In this document: in pieces, positions 37,901-48,271 of the stretch | Numbering within the stretch: the first letter of the stretch is position 1 | How the letters are laid out: every line of letters begins with the position of its first letter | Assembly (NCBI GenBank): GCA_963816355.1 | Contig: CAWFKH010000006.1 | Location: 320,001-384,000, forward strand | DNA: 64,000 nt | Reading direction: 5' to 3' | Source: an uncultured Gemmatimonadales bacterium | GTDB taxonomy: Bacteria; Gemmatimonadota; Gemmatimonadetes; Longimicrobiales; RSA9 | Made by a program: the position numbers and the translations under genes | The notes under the pieces: model-generated | Seen by the model: only the letters and a program-made list of their open reading frames with translations | The model's database searches: none | What the model was told of the DNA's origin: nothing

Positions 37901-39311
37901 GATCCTGCTCCTCTTCCGAGATGCTGCTTCCGAGAATCGACTGGAGGCGGGCGACGGCGGTGCCGAGCGCCTGCCGCTCGCGCACCGTCTGCACTTCGGC
38001 GTCGGCGAGCGCGACCTGGGATGCCTGCAGGTCGAGGATCGTCGAGGCGCCGAGCTGGTAGCGTTCCTCCTGCACGCGCAGGTCCTCGCGGGCCAGCGCG
38101 AGACCGCGGCCGGAGATTTCGATGCGACGCCGGGCGGCGGCGATCGCGTCGACCGCCGCCTCGACCTGGGCCCGCACCGCGAGCGTGGCGTCCCGGTTCG
38201 TCGCCTCCGCGGAGCGCTCGAGCGCGGCAGCGCGCTGCACCGAAGCCTCGCGCTGAAAGCCGTTGAAGAGGGGGAGCGAGGCGCTCAGCCGGAAGCTCCA
38301 GCTCTGCTGGTTCGGCGGGAACTGGAAGGAGAACCAGTCGTAGCCGCCGGTCAGCCGCAGCGAGGGCAGGTACGGCGTGTAGGCGGCGAGGCGGTCGGCG
38401 TGGCGGCTGCGCAGCGTCGCCCGCGCGGCGACGATGTCCGGCGCCGACCGCCTGGCGCGCGCCACCAGCGTCTCGGTGGAGGGCAGCGACGGCGCGGTCT
38501 CCGGCAGCGAGCCGGGCGCGGCGTGCACCGCCGCCGCAACGCCGATCCGGCGGCCGAGCTCGAGCTCAGCGGCGCGCAGGGCCGTACCCGCGTCCACCAC
38601 GGCCAGCTCGGCGTTGCCGACCTCGATCTCGGCGCGCAGCTCGTCGGAGCGCGTGGCGGTCCCCACGTCCAGGCGGGTGCGGGCGAACTCGAGCTGCTGC
38701 CGCGCGCGCTCGAGGCGGCCGCGCGCAGCGGCGAGGATGTCGCCCGCCGCGGCGGCGTCGTAGTAGACCTGCGTGGTCTCGAGCATCGTGCGGTAGCGCT
38801 CCGCGCGATACGACGCGTCCGCCGCCGTGAGCTGCGCCGACGCCGCCCGGTGTTGCGCGAAGCGGCGGCCGCCGGTGAAGACGTCGTAGCTCGCGGTCGC
38901 CTGCGACGTGTAGCTCTCCGAGACGAGGCGCCCGGTCGATTGATCGAAACGCTCGTTGCTGGAGTTGGTGTAGGTGCTGCCCAGCGTGAGCGTTGGCAGG
39001 AAGGCGCCGCGGGCCTGGAGCACGCCCGCCCGCGCGCTGGAGACGCCGGCCGCCGCCGCGACCGCCGCCGGACTCGCGTCGAGCGAGAGCCGGATCGCCT
39101 CGTCGAGCGTCACCGTCGAGTCCGTCCCGATCCGGGCGCCGCCCTGCGCGGCGAGCGGCGCGCCACTTTGCGCGGCGAGCGGAAGGGGCACGGCCGCTGC
39201 GAGGAGGAACAGCGCGAGACCGCCGCGGCTCCGGTGCGGAGCGTCGCCGCGCCGTCGGTCCAGGGCGAGGCCGTCGCGCCGCTGGCTCCTCGCGTTGCAC
39301 TGCACCTGCAT
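37893..39311 (-). CDS. TolC family outer-membrane efflux protein
   Basis: GAGGAGGAG RBS, LDEAIRLSL, FLPTLTL, LPLFNG, ERYQLG.STILDL. Confidence 0.88.
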   Translation of the reverse strand: MQVQCNARSQRRDGLALDRRRGDAPHRSRGGLALFLLAAAVPLPLAAQSGAPLAAQGGARIGTDSTVTLDEAIRLSLDASPAAVAAAAGVSSARAGVLQARGAFLPTLTLGSTYTNSSNERFDQSTGRLVSESYTSQATASYDVFTGGRRFAQHRAASAQLTAADASYRAERYRTMLETTQVYYDAAAAGDILAAARGRLERARQQLEFARTRLDVGTATRSDELRAEIEVGNAELAVVDAGTALRAAELELGRRIGVAAAVHAAPGSLPETAPSLPSTETLVARARRSAPDIVAARATLRSRHADRLAAYTPYLPSLRLTGGYDWFSFQFPPNQQSWSFRLSASLPLFNGFQREASVQRAAALERSAEATNRDATLAVRAQVEAAVDAIAAARRRIEISGRGLALAREDLRVQEERYQLGASTILDLQASQVALADAEVQTVRERQALGTAVARLQSILGSSISEEEQDRE

Positions 39312-39476
39312 TGCACTCCTCCTCGGTCCGGCACGCCGGCGGCGCACGCAATTCCCCCCAACCCCCGTCCGCTGGTGGACGGTCTAGGATGGACGCGCGA
39401 GCGGGGGAAAGCGTTGAAGAGAAGCGGGAGATGCCGACGTATGCTCCCCTCTGGACGCGCGCATGGGCCGCGGCGG

Positions 39477-39511
39477 CTGTCACCGTCCTGTAAGGCGCGT
39501 CCGCGCATGCT
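39477..39511 (+). promoter_or_regulatory. OmpR/PhoB-type direct-repeat box plus -10 element, upstream of the lipoprotein/RR/HK operon
   Basis: CTGTCAC-CGTC-CTGTAAG (11-bp period), then 11 nt, then CATGCT. Confidence 0.55.
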
Positions 39512-39556
39512 GCGGCGATTGTAGCGCACGTCCACTTCCGCAGGGAGAACGCTGCC

Positions 39557-40249
39557 GTGAGACCTGGTGTACGGACGGTGACGCGCAGGACGCGGAGCGC
39601 GATCGCGATCCTGCTCGTCGGGTTGGGGGCGGTGTCGTGCGGGCGCTCGAGGGCGGGCTCCAGCGGCCGGCACACCGGGACGGGGTCGTTGCCGGCCGTG
39701 CTCGACCGCGCGGAGAGCCTGGCGGAGGACGTGCAGGATGACATTCTGGGCGGCGATTGGGCGGCTGCGTCGAGCAAGGTGGCGATGCTGGACTCGCAGG
39801 CCGATTCGATTGCTGTGCTCGTACCGGCCGTCGGGGCGGCGAAGTGGGCGGCCGACGTCGCCGCGCTGCGGGCGCGCATCGCGCGTCGGGACCGACTTCG
39901 CGGGCTCGAGGCCGCGAATGCGCTGAGTCGCGTCGTGGCGGACGCGTCGTCGTCGTATGATACGCGCGTCCCGGCGGCTGTCTCGTACATGGACATCGCC
40001 GGCCGCTCCGTGGTGTACGCGGCGGAGTCCGGCGCGTGGAGCACCGCGGCAAGTGCGGCCGCGGAGCTGCGCTCGAGCTACGACTCGGTGCGCGGGTTCG
40101 TGCGACGGCGGGGCGGGGCGCTGGACGGCCAAGTGGCTGCGGAGCTGGACAGGATCGACCGCGCGATCGACGCTCGTGACGCCGCGGTGGCGAGCCACGC
40201 GTCGAGCGCGGTGCTGGAGGACGTGGACCGGATCGAGAGGCTGTACTGA
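39557..40249 (+). CDS. Hypothetical helical lipoprotein
   Basis: GGGAGA RBS, lipobox AVSC, two amphipathic helical repeats. Confidence 0.65.
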   Translation: MRPGVRTVTRRTRSAIAILLVGLGAVSCGRSRAGSSGRHTGTGSLPAVLDRAESLAEDVQDDILGGDWAAASSKVAMLDSQADSIAVLVPAVGAAKWAADVAALRARIARRDRLRGLEAANALSRVVADASSSYDTRVPAAVSYMDIAGRSVVYAAESGAWSTAASAAAELRSSYDSVRGFVRRRGGALDGQVAAELDRIDRAIDARDAAVASHASSAVLEDVDRIERLY

Positions 40250-40295
40250 TGCGGTGAGGCCACGGCGGCGGCCCACGGCGGGGCGAGGCGGACCG

Positions 40296-40964
40296 ATGCA
40301 CGTGCTGGTAATCGAGGACGATCCGGAGCTGGCCCGGATCCTTCAGCGGGGTTTCGGCGACGAGGGGATCGCTGTCGCGCTCGCGACGGATTTCCAGGCC
40401 GGGAAGATGAAGGCGATCCTGGGCAGCTACGACGTGATCGTGCTGGACGTCATGCTTCCGGGCGGGAGCGGCTTCGATCTGTGCGCGCGGCTGCGCGAGC
40501 GCGGGGTGACCACGCCCGTGCTGATGCTCACCGCTCGGGTCGCGGTGGACGACCGAGTGCGTGGCCTCGAGGGCGGCGCGGACGATTACCTGACCAAGCC
40601 GTTCGCCTTTCGTGAGCTGCTCGCCCGCGTGCGGGCGCTCGCGCGGCGGCCGTCGGCGCTGGCGAGCGACACGTTCGAGCTTTTCGACCTGCAGGCGGAC
40701 CTGCGCAGTCATCGCGTCGAGCGCGGCGGCCGCGAGATCCGGCTGACCGCCCGGGAATGGAACCTGCTCGAATTTTTCATCCGCCATGTGGATGCCGTGG
40801 TCGATCGCGCCGGCATCTCCGCCTACGTATGGGACGACAACCACGATCCGTTCTCCAACGTGCTGGAGGTGCTCATCGGGCGGCTGCGCCGCAAGATCGA
40901 CGACGCGTTCGAGCGGAAGTTGATCCACACGATCCGCGGCGCCGGCTACCGCTTCGGGCCGTGA
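40296..40964 (+). CDS. OmpR-family response regulator (CusR/CzcR-like)
   Basis: VLVIEDD, LDVMLPG, GADDYLTKPF, LRRKID, IHTIRGAGY. Confidence 0.93.
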   Translation: MHVLVIEDDPELARILQRGFGDEGIAVALATDFQAGKMKAILGSYDVIVLDVMLPGGSGFDLCARLRERGVTTPVLMLTARVAVDDRVRGLEGGADDYLTKPFAFRELLARVRALARRPSALASDTFELFDLQADLRSHRVERGGREIRLTAREWNLLEFFIRHVDAVVDRAGISAYVWDDNHDPFSNVLEVLIGRLRRKIDDAFERKLIHTIRGAGYRFGP

Positions 40965-40983
40965 GCCGGCGCTCGCGCCGTCC

Positions 40984-42252
40984 ATGATCGAGGAGCTGCG
41001 TCGGCTCCGCGTCCGGCTCACCGCGTGGTACGTCGGCGTGTTCGCGCTCGTCCTGATCGCCTTCGGTGCCGCGCTGTTCTACGTGCTGACGCGCCAGATC
41101 TCCGCCCGCCTGGACGATGCCCTCGCCGACGCCGCCGACGAGTTGCAGCGCGCGGCGCTGATTCGCGAACGCGAGGGGCCGCCCGGCCCCGGCGGCGCGG
41201 ACGCGTTCGACGAGCTGCGCATCCCGGACCGCGAGCTCTACGTCTTCGACGCCGCCGCTCATCCGATCCATCCCGACACGGTCGCGCCGTGGCTGCGAGA
41301 GATCGCCGGCGAGGCCTTGCGATCCGGGGAGGTGATGACGGAGCGTGATCTCGCGCGCGGGCGCACGTGGCGCATTTACGCCCGCCGCTTCACCGTCCCC
41401 GGTTCACGCACCCTCGTGGCGCTCACCGCCGCCGACGCCGTCGAGATCGACCACCAGTACGCCGGCCTGCTCCTCGCCTTCGCCCTCGCCGCGCTGGTCG
41501 CGCTCGCGTTCGTCGGCCTCGGCGGCTGGCTCCTCGCACGGCGCTCCACGGAGCCGGTGCGGGATGCGTTTCAACGCATGCGCGGCTTCACCGCCGACGC
41601 CGCGCACGAGCTCCGCACACCGGTCGCCGTGCTCGGCGGCCACGCCGAGGTGGCGCTACGGCAGCCGCGATCGAGGGAGGAATACGTCGAGATTCTCGGC
41701 GCGATTCAGGCCGAGGCCGCCCGCCTCGGCGGCATCGTCGAGAACCTGCTCACGATCGCGCGCGCCGACGCCGCCGCCTGGCCGGTCCGCTTCGAGTCGG
41801 TCTTTCTTGACGACCTTCTCCTCGACACCATCGAGCGCGCCCGCGTGATCGGCGACAACCGCGGCGTGCGCATCAATGTCTCCTCCTTCGACGAGCTGCC
41901 GGTCCGCGGCGACCCGGACCTCCTTCGCCAGCTCCTGATGATCCTGCTCGACAACGCCCTCAAGTTCACCCCGGTGGGCGGCCGCGTCGACGCCGCCGCG
42001 CTGCGCCACGATACGTCCGCGGAGGTCGTCGTCTCGGATACCGGCGTCGGCATCCCGGCCGCCCGGCTGCCGCGCGTGTTCGACCGGTTTCACCGCGGCG
42101 ACGACGCGCGCGGAGTCGCGCACGGCGCCGGCCTCGGCCTCTCCATCGCCCGCTGGATCATCGATGCCCACAACGCCGCGATCGACATCGACTCCGAGCC
42201 GGGCGGCGGCACCACCGTCCGCGTCCGCTTCCCGCTCGATGCCGCCCGCTGA
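40984..42252 (+). CDS. Membrane sensor histidine kinase
   Basis: Two TM helices, FTADAAHELRTP, LLDNALKFT, DTGVGI, GAGLGLSI. Confidence 0.92.
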   Translation: MIEELRRLRVRLTAWYVGVFALVLIAFGAALFYVLTRQISARLDDALADAADELQRAALIREREGPPGPGGADAFDELRIPDRELYVFDAAAHPIHPDTVAPWLREIAGEALRSGEVMTERDLARGRTWRIYARRFTVPGSRTLVALTAADAVEIDHQYAGLLLAFALAALVALAFVGLGGWLLARRSTEPVRDAFQRMRGFTADAAHELRTPVAVLGGHAEVALRQPRSREEYVEILGAIQAEAARLGGIVENLLTIARADAAAWPVRFESVFLDDLLLDTIERARVIGDNRGVRINVSSFDELPVRGDPDLLRQLLMILLDNALKFTPVGGRVDAAALRHDTSAEVVVSDTGVGIPAARLPRVFDRFHRGDDARGVAHGAGLGLSIARWIIDAHNAAIDIDSEPGGGTTVRVRFPLDAAR

Positions 42253-42258
42253 GCCGGT

Positions 42259-42293
42259 CCGTCATTGTGACGTCAGGAACGGCGTGGTACACT
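42259..42293 (+). promoter_or_regulatory. Second OmpR/PhoB-type box plus extended -10, upstream of the TolC-MFP-RND operon
   Basis: CCGTCAT-TGTG-ACGTCAG (11-bp period), then 11 nt ending in TGG, then TACACT; same spacing as at 39477. Confidence 0.55.
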
Positions 42294-42535
42294 TCTTCAC
42301 TTTGCGCCGGAAAGCGTGGCGCCGCCGGCACTCTCGGGCGCCATCGCGCGGCGAGTCGCGTCTCGCTGGCGAGGCGCGAGCCACGCACCGCGGCCCGCGC
42401 GCCCGGTGCGCGGGAAAACCGCGAAGCGGAGGACGAGGTGACCCTGAGTCGACGCGAGTGTTTCCGCGCCACCGTGCCGTTCGCGGCCGCCCTTCGGTCG
42501 CTCGCGCTCCGTCCCGGCGTCGCGGGCCGCGGTCG

Positions 42536-43816
42536 ATGAGAGGAGTCCGGGCGCTCGCGGGCGTCGTGCTCCTGGTGGGGGCGCCGTGCGCGCGCGCCGC
42601 GCCGCTTCTCGCGCAGTCGCCGGACAGCGCCGCGCCGCTCTCGCTCGAAGCGGCGCTCGACACGGCGCGCGCGCACAACGCAGGTCTTCCGGTGGCGCGG
42701 ATGGCGGTGCAGGCGGCGGTCGCGCGCGCCCGCCAGGCGAGGGGCGCGCTCTTCCCGACGCTGTCGGTGGACGGCGACGTGCACAGCGGCGTGCCGCAGG
42801 CCTACGCGAGCAGCGACGCCTTCATCCGCGTGCTGGGAGAGACGCCGATCTACCAGGGGGGCGAGCTGCGCGCGAACCTGATCCAGGCAGGAGAGGAGGC
42901 GAGCGCGTTGGGCTACGGTTATCGCAGCAGCGTGCGCGACGTCGAGCGGTCGGTTCGCGGCGCCTACGGCCGCGTGTTGCGGGCGCAGGACGCGCTCGCC
43001 TTCCTGCGGCGCGGCGAGGAGCGGCTGCAGGCGTACCTCCGCGTCGTCGAGTCGCGGCGGGCGGCGGGACAGGGCGTGGGCGCGGACCTGCTGCGGACGC
43101 GGCAGAGGCTCGCTGCGGCGCGGGGCGACATCGCCGCCGCCGAGCGCGAGCTCGAGAACGCCCGCCTGCAGCTCAACGACGTGCTGGGCCGCGCGCCGAC
43201 CGCGCCGCTCGCGCTGGCGCCGCTGCCCGAGCCGGCGGCGCCGCCGGACACGGCGGGCGCGCCGTGGCTGACGGTGCCGGACGTGGCGGAGGCGATGTCG
43301 CGCATCCGCGCGGCGGCGGCGGGCGTGCGCTCGGCGCGGGCCGGGCGGCGGCCGCACCTGTCGCTGCAGGCGGACGTCGGAGCGCAGCCGTTCGTCGGCT
43401 CGGACGTCGCGCTCATGAACAACGGCCGCGGCGGCGGCGCGGAGGTCATGCTCTCCTTCTCGCTTCCGTTCTGGGACATGGGGATCTACCGCGGCCGGGT
43501 GGCGGAGGCGAGCGCGAATCTGGAGCAGGCGCGGGCGGAGGCCGAGGTCACGCGCCGGTTCGCGCGCCTGAGCTGGGCACAGGCGGAGGCCGACGTGGCG
43601 GGGCTGTTCCGCGAGTATCAGGCGCGCACGGAGTCGGCGGCCGCCGCGCAGGACGCGTATCTGCAGGCGGAGAGCCTCTACCGCGGCGGTCAGGGCACCG
43701 CGCTCGACGTGCTCGACGCGTACGACGCATGGGTGCAGGCGGAGCGCAGCCGGCTGGACGCCGTCTACGGCTACCGCCTGGCGCAGGCGGACCTCATCCG
43801 GTGGGGGACCCCGTGA
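42536..43816 (+). CDS. TolC family outer-membrane efflux protein
   Basis: Signal peptide, LSLEAALDTARAHN, FPTLSV, SLPFWD, YRGG.GTALDVLDA. Confidence 0.85.
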   Translation: MRGVRALAGVVLLVGAPCARAAPLLAQSPDSAAPLSLEAALDTARAHNAGLPVARMAVQAAVARARQARGALFPTLSVDGDVHSGVPQAYASSDAFIRVLGETPIYQGGELRANLIQAGEEASALGYGYRSSVRDVERSVRGAYGRVLRAQDALAFLRRGEERLQAYLRVVESRRAAGQGVGADLLRTRQRLAAARGDIAAAERELENARLQLNDVLGRAPTAPLALAPLPEPAAPPDTAGAPWLTVPDVAEAMSRIRAAAAGVRSARAGRRPHLSLQADVGAQPFVGSDVALMNNGRGGGAEVMLSFSLPFWDMGIYRGRVAEASANLEQARAEAEVTRRFARLSWAQAEADVAGLFREYQARTESAAAAQDAYLQAESLYRGGQGTALDVLDAYDAWVQAERSRLDAVYGYRLAQADLIRWGTP

Positions 43817-44880
43817 TCCGACGACCGCGCGCCGCCGCGACGATCGCGCTGCTGGCGCTGCTCGGGCCTGTGGTGGGGTGTGGTGGCGGGGGCGCGGATG
43901 GCGGTGCGGCGGGCGCGGCAGGCGCCGCGGCGGGCGCGGAAGGCGGCGCGGCGGGCGCGGTCGCCGGCGCCGCCGACACCGCGGGCGGGAGCGCGGCGGC
44001 GACGCCGGTCAGCGCCGCGCCGGCGGAGCGCGCGACGCTGGACGTGACGGTCGCCGCACCCGGCCGCACGGAGGCGCTGAAGGAGGCGCGGGTGCGTTCT
44101 CCGTTCCCGAGCAGGCTCGTGTCCATGCGCGTGACGGACGGCGACCGCGTCGCTTCCGGACAGGTGGTGGCGCAGGTCGTGTCGAAGAACAGCGAGGCGG
44201 CGCTGCGCGGGGCGGAGTCGATGCTGAGCGGGGCGCGCACCGCGGCGGACTCCGCGGACGCGCGTCGCGCGATCGAGATCGCGCGCCAGAACCTGGTGGT
44301 CCAGCCGCTGCACTCGCCCGCCGCGGGCGTGGTGCTCTCGCACGCGGCGGCGGAAGGCGACTACGTGGACGAGGGCGAGGTGCTGCTGAACATCGCCGTG
44401 GCGGGCGCGGTCTTCTTCGACGCGCAGGTGTCGCAGAGCGACGTCGCCCGGGTGCGGCCGGGCCAGCGCGCGAGCATCGACGTTCCCGCCGTCGGTCCCG
44501 CGCCGGTGACGGCCGTCGTCCACGGGATCCTGCCCTCCGCATCGAGCGCCGACCTGAGCGCGCCGGTGCGCCTCGACTTCTCGCCGGCGCGGCCGGATCT
44601 GACGGTGGGCCTTTTCGGCACGGCGACGATCACCGTCGCGCAGCGCCGCGACGTGGTGGTGGTCCCGGAGACCGCCGTGCTCACGAACGACGTCGACGGC
44701 ACGACGCGCATGGCGGTGATCGGCGACGACGGCAGGGCGCACTGGCTCGACGTACGCACCGGCGTGCACGAGGACGGCCGCGTCGAGATCGTCAGTCCGC
44801 GGGTCGCGCCCGGGACGCGGGTCATCACGCAGGGCCAGGTGGGTCTGCCGGAGGGCACGAGCGTCCAGGTTCGCCGGTGA
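43813..44880 (+). CDS. RND periplasmic adaptor (membrane fusion protein)
   Basis: GTGA-coupled start, lipobox VVGC, GDRVASGQVV, VVVPETAV, GRVEIVS. Confidence 0.85.
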   Translation: MIRRPRAAATIALLALLGPVVGCGGGGADGGAAGAAGAAAGAEGGAAGAVAGAADTAGGSAAATPVSAAPAERATLDVTVAAPGRTEALKEARVRSPFPSRLVSMRVTDGDRVASGQVVAQVVSKNSEAALRGAESMLSGARTAADSADARRAIEIARQNLVVQPLHSPAAGVVLSHAAAEGDYVDEGEVLLNIAVAGAVFFDAQVSQSDVARVRPGQRASIDVPAVGPAPVTAVVHGILPSASSADLSAPVRLDFSPARPDLTVGLFGTATITVAQRRDVVVVPETAVLTNDVDGTTRMAVIGDDGRAHWLDVRTGVHEDGRVEIVSPRVAPGTRVITQGQVGLPEGTSVQVRR

Positions 44881-47800
44881 GCTTCTTCGAGTGGATGCGG
44901 CGGCGCCCGGCCGCGCTCTTCGGCGGGCTGCTCGTCCTCTCGATCGGAGGCCTCTACTCCGTATCGCGCCTGCCGTCGGCGATCTTCCCCTCCGTCACGT
45001 TCCCGCTCGTGAAGGTGATCGCGGACGCCGGCGAGGAGCCGGCGGCGCGCATGATCCCGACGGTCACGCGTCCGCTCGAGGAGGCGATCCGCCGCGTACC
45101 CGGCGTGATCCTGGTCCGCTCGCTCACGTCGCGCGGGTCGACGGAGATCACGGCGCAGTTCGGCTGGGGGACCGACATGCAGGTGGCGCTCGAGCGCGTG
45201 CAGGGCGAGACGCAGCGGATCCAGCCGGACCTGCCGTCCGACACGCACATCGACGTCGAGTGGATGAACACCGCGATCTTCCCGATCCTCGGCTACGCCC
45301 TCACGTCGGACACGCTGACGCAGGCGCAGCTATGGGACCTCGCCGAGTACGCGTTCAAGCCCGCGCTGCTGCGCATCGACGGCGTCTCCGAGATCCAGGT
45401 GCAGGGCGGCCGCAGGCGCGAATTCCAGGTCCGGCTCGCGGCCGCGGCGCTGCACGGCCGCAACCTCTCAGCGGCCGACGTCGTCGACGCGGTGCAGGCG
45501 AACAACGACGTCCTCTCCGCCGGCCTGATCGAGCGCAACCACGAGCTCTACCTCGCGCTGGTGACCGGCCGTGTGCACAGCCTCGACGCGCTGTCCCGCA
45601 TCTCCGTGCCGGTCGCCGGCGGCCGGCCCGCCACGCTCGCGGACCTGGGCGAGGTGACGGTGGCGGACGAGGTCTCCTACATCCGCACGACCGCCAACGG
45701 CGAGCCCGCCGTCCTGGTCAACGTGATCCGGCAGCCGTCGGCCAACACGGTGGCGATCGCGCGGGGCGTGCAGCGCCTGCTGAAGGAGCAGCCGGATCTG
45801 CTTGCCGGAAGGCGTGAAGTGGACGCCGTTCTACGACCAGGCGCGCTTCGTCTCGAGCTCCGTGCAGGGGACGAAGGAGGACGTCTACATCGGCGTGCTG
45901 CTCGCCGCTCTGGTGCTCTTCGTCTTCCTGCGGAACTGGCGCACCACGCTCGTCGCGGCGGGAGCGATCCCGGTCACGGTCGCCATCGTGGGCCTTGCGC
46001 TCGGCGCCGCCGGGCAGACGATCAACCTGATGACGCTCGCCGGGATCGCCGCGGCGCTCGGCCTGATCGCCGACGACGCGATCGTCGTCGTCGAGGACAT
46101 CGAGCGGCGGCGCGACGAGGGCGACGCGGATCCGGCGCGCACGTCGCTGCACGAGCTGATGCCGGCGCTCGTCGGCTCGAGCCTCTCCACCGTCATCATC
46201 TTCCTGCCCTTCTCCCTGCTGCCCGGCATCACCGGCGCGTTCTTCAAGCCGCTCGCGCTCACCATGGCGCTCGCGTTGATCATCTCCTTCTTCGTCGCGG
46301 TCGTGGCCGCGCCGGTCGCCATCGCCGCGCTCGAGCGCGTGGGCGGTGGCGGTCGCCGCCCCGGGGCGGTCCCGGATGGCGGAGCGAAGACGGCGCCGCC
46401 CGCCGGCGGCATCCGAGGCGCCGCGTCGCGCGCGGGACGTCGGCTGATGGCGGGCTACATCCGAGCGACGGAGCTGTTCATCGACCACGGCGCGCTCGCG
46501 CTGCTCGGTCTGCTCGTGCTGCTGGGCGGCGCCTACCTGCTCTACCGGCACATCGGCACCGACTTCCTGCCCTCGATGGACGAGGGCTCGATCATCCTCG
46601 ACTACTGGACGCCGGCCGGGACATCGCTCACGGACACGGATCGCATGCTCGACGAGGTGGAGCGGGTGATCCTGTCGACGCCGGACGTCGACGGCTACTC
46701 GCGCCGCACCGGCACGGAGCTCGGCTTCTTCGTCACCGAGCCGAACACCGGCGACTACGTGATCAATTTGAAGCCGCTCGGCGAGCGCCGGCCGGTGGAC
46801 GATGTCATCGACGAGCTGCGCGAGCGCATCGCGCAGGTCGAGCCCGCGATCCGCACCGACTTCGGACAGCTCATCGAGGACGACATCGGCGACCTGACGG
46901 GAGGCGAGCCACAGCCGATCGACATCAAGATCTTCGGCAGCGATCCGACGCTCCTGGAGCAGAAGGCGCGGCAGGTCGCGAAGATCGTGGCGGAGGTGCG
47001 CGGCACCGAGGACGCCTTCGACGGGATCACGATCGCGGGGCCGGCGCTGAGCATCCGCGTCAGGCCGGAGGCCGCCGCGCGCTACGGCCTGACCACCGAG
47101 GAGATCCACAAGCAGATCGAGCCGGCCGTGATCGGGACGGTGGTCGACCAGCTCCGCGTGGGCGACCGGGTCTACGACGTGCGGGTGATCCAGCCGCACG
47201 ACGCGCCGCTGGGCGACGTCCGCGTGCGTGCGGATTCCGCGCTGCTGCCGCTGCGCGAGGTGGCCGAGATCTCGACCGGCGAGCCGGAAACCGAGATCGA
47301 CCGGGAGAACCTGAAGACGTACGTCGGCGTGACCGCCCGCCTCTCCGGCCGCGACCTCGGGAGCACGATCGCCGAGATCCGTGCCCGCATCGACCGTGAA
47401 GTGCACCTGGCGCCCGGCATGTCGGTCCGCTTCGGCGGCCAGTATCAGCAGCAGCAGCAGTCCTTCCAGGACCTGCTCATCCTGCTGCTCGCGGGGCTCG
47501 TGCTCGTGTCGCTCGTCGTGCTCTTCGTCTTCAGCGACCTGCGCGCCGCGCTGCTCACCTTCGTCTGCGCGATCGCCGTCATGGCCGGTTCGCTCGGCCT
47601 CCTCACGCTCACCGGCCGCACGCTCAACATCTCCAGCTACGTCGGCGCGATCATGATGGTGGGCATCGTGGGCGAGAAAGCGATGTTCGTCATCAACGGC
47701 GCCCGCCTCGGCATGCGGCAGGGGCTCTCGCCGCGCGATGCGTGGCGCCGCATCGCGCGCATCCGGCTGCGGCCCGTCGCCATGACGATCTTCGCCACCG

Positions 47801-47985
47801 GCTTCGCGCTGCTGCCTCTCGCCCTCGCGTTCGGCACCGGCTCCCAGCTCATGCAGCCGCTCGCCATCGCCGTCATCGGCGGCTTCATGCTCTCCGGCGT
47901 GATCGTGCTGTTCCTGCTGCCCGGCCTCTACCTCATGCTGGACCCCCGCGGGAAGCTCGCCTCGGAGCCCGGCCTCGAGGATTGA
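44877..47985 (+). CDS. RND efflux transporter permease, frameshifted near 45801
   Basis: [13 protein letters not shown]-terminal half in one frame; [31 protein letters not shown] and RLRPVAMT in another. Removing one base at CTG-C-TTG joins them. Confidence 0.85.
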
Positions 47986-48107
47986 GCGCCCGCTCGCAGC
48001 GGCCGTCGCCCGCGGTGTGGCGCCCGTGCACCGGCCGTCCGGCAGAGGTGCCGCGGGCGTGCAACGTCACCATTGCGCGGTGCGCCCGCCGGCGCTATCT
48101 ATCGCTC

Positions 48108-48191
48108 ATGCGAACCGGACGCCGTTCCTACGCGCTCTATTACTACGCGACCCGCTCCGCGGGCCGTGTGGGAGGGTGTGCGCAGGTGTAG
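48108..48191 (+). CDS. Tyrosine-rich attenuator leader peptide (27 aa)
   Basis: [31 protein letters not shown]; 4 Tyr codons, 3 of them consecutive; directly upstream of aroF-CM-tyrA. Confidence 0.8.
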   Translation: MRTGRRSYALYYYATRSAGRVGGCAQV

Positions 48192-48250
48192 CACCCGGTT
48201 CCTCCCAGAGAAGACGGCCCGTGGGGATCCCCCGCGGGCCGTTTTTTGTT
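48157..48250 (+). terminator. Attenuator: antiterminator and intrinsic terminator
   Basis: Terminator 48214-48242 (13-bp stem) plus T run; 48157-48167 is identical to the terminator 3' arm; TGGGAGG (48169-75) pairs with CCTCCCA (48201-07). Confidence 0.8.
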
Positions 48251-48271
48251 GCCCGTGACTTTCGAGGAACG

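Noticed and set aside
34428..39524. 1698-aa ORF and many other long Arg/Ala/Pro-rich ORFs
   Set aside because: Antisense or off-frame shadows of real genes, expected at this GC content; no domain motifs.
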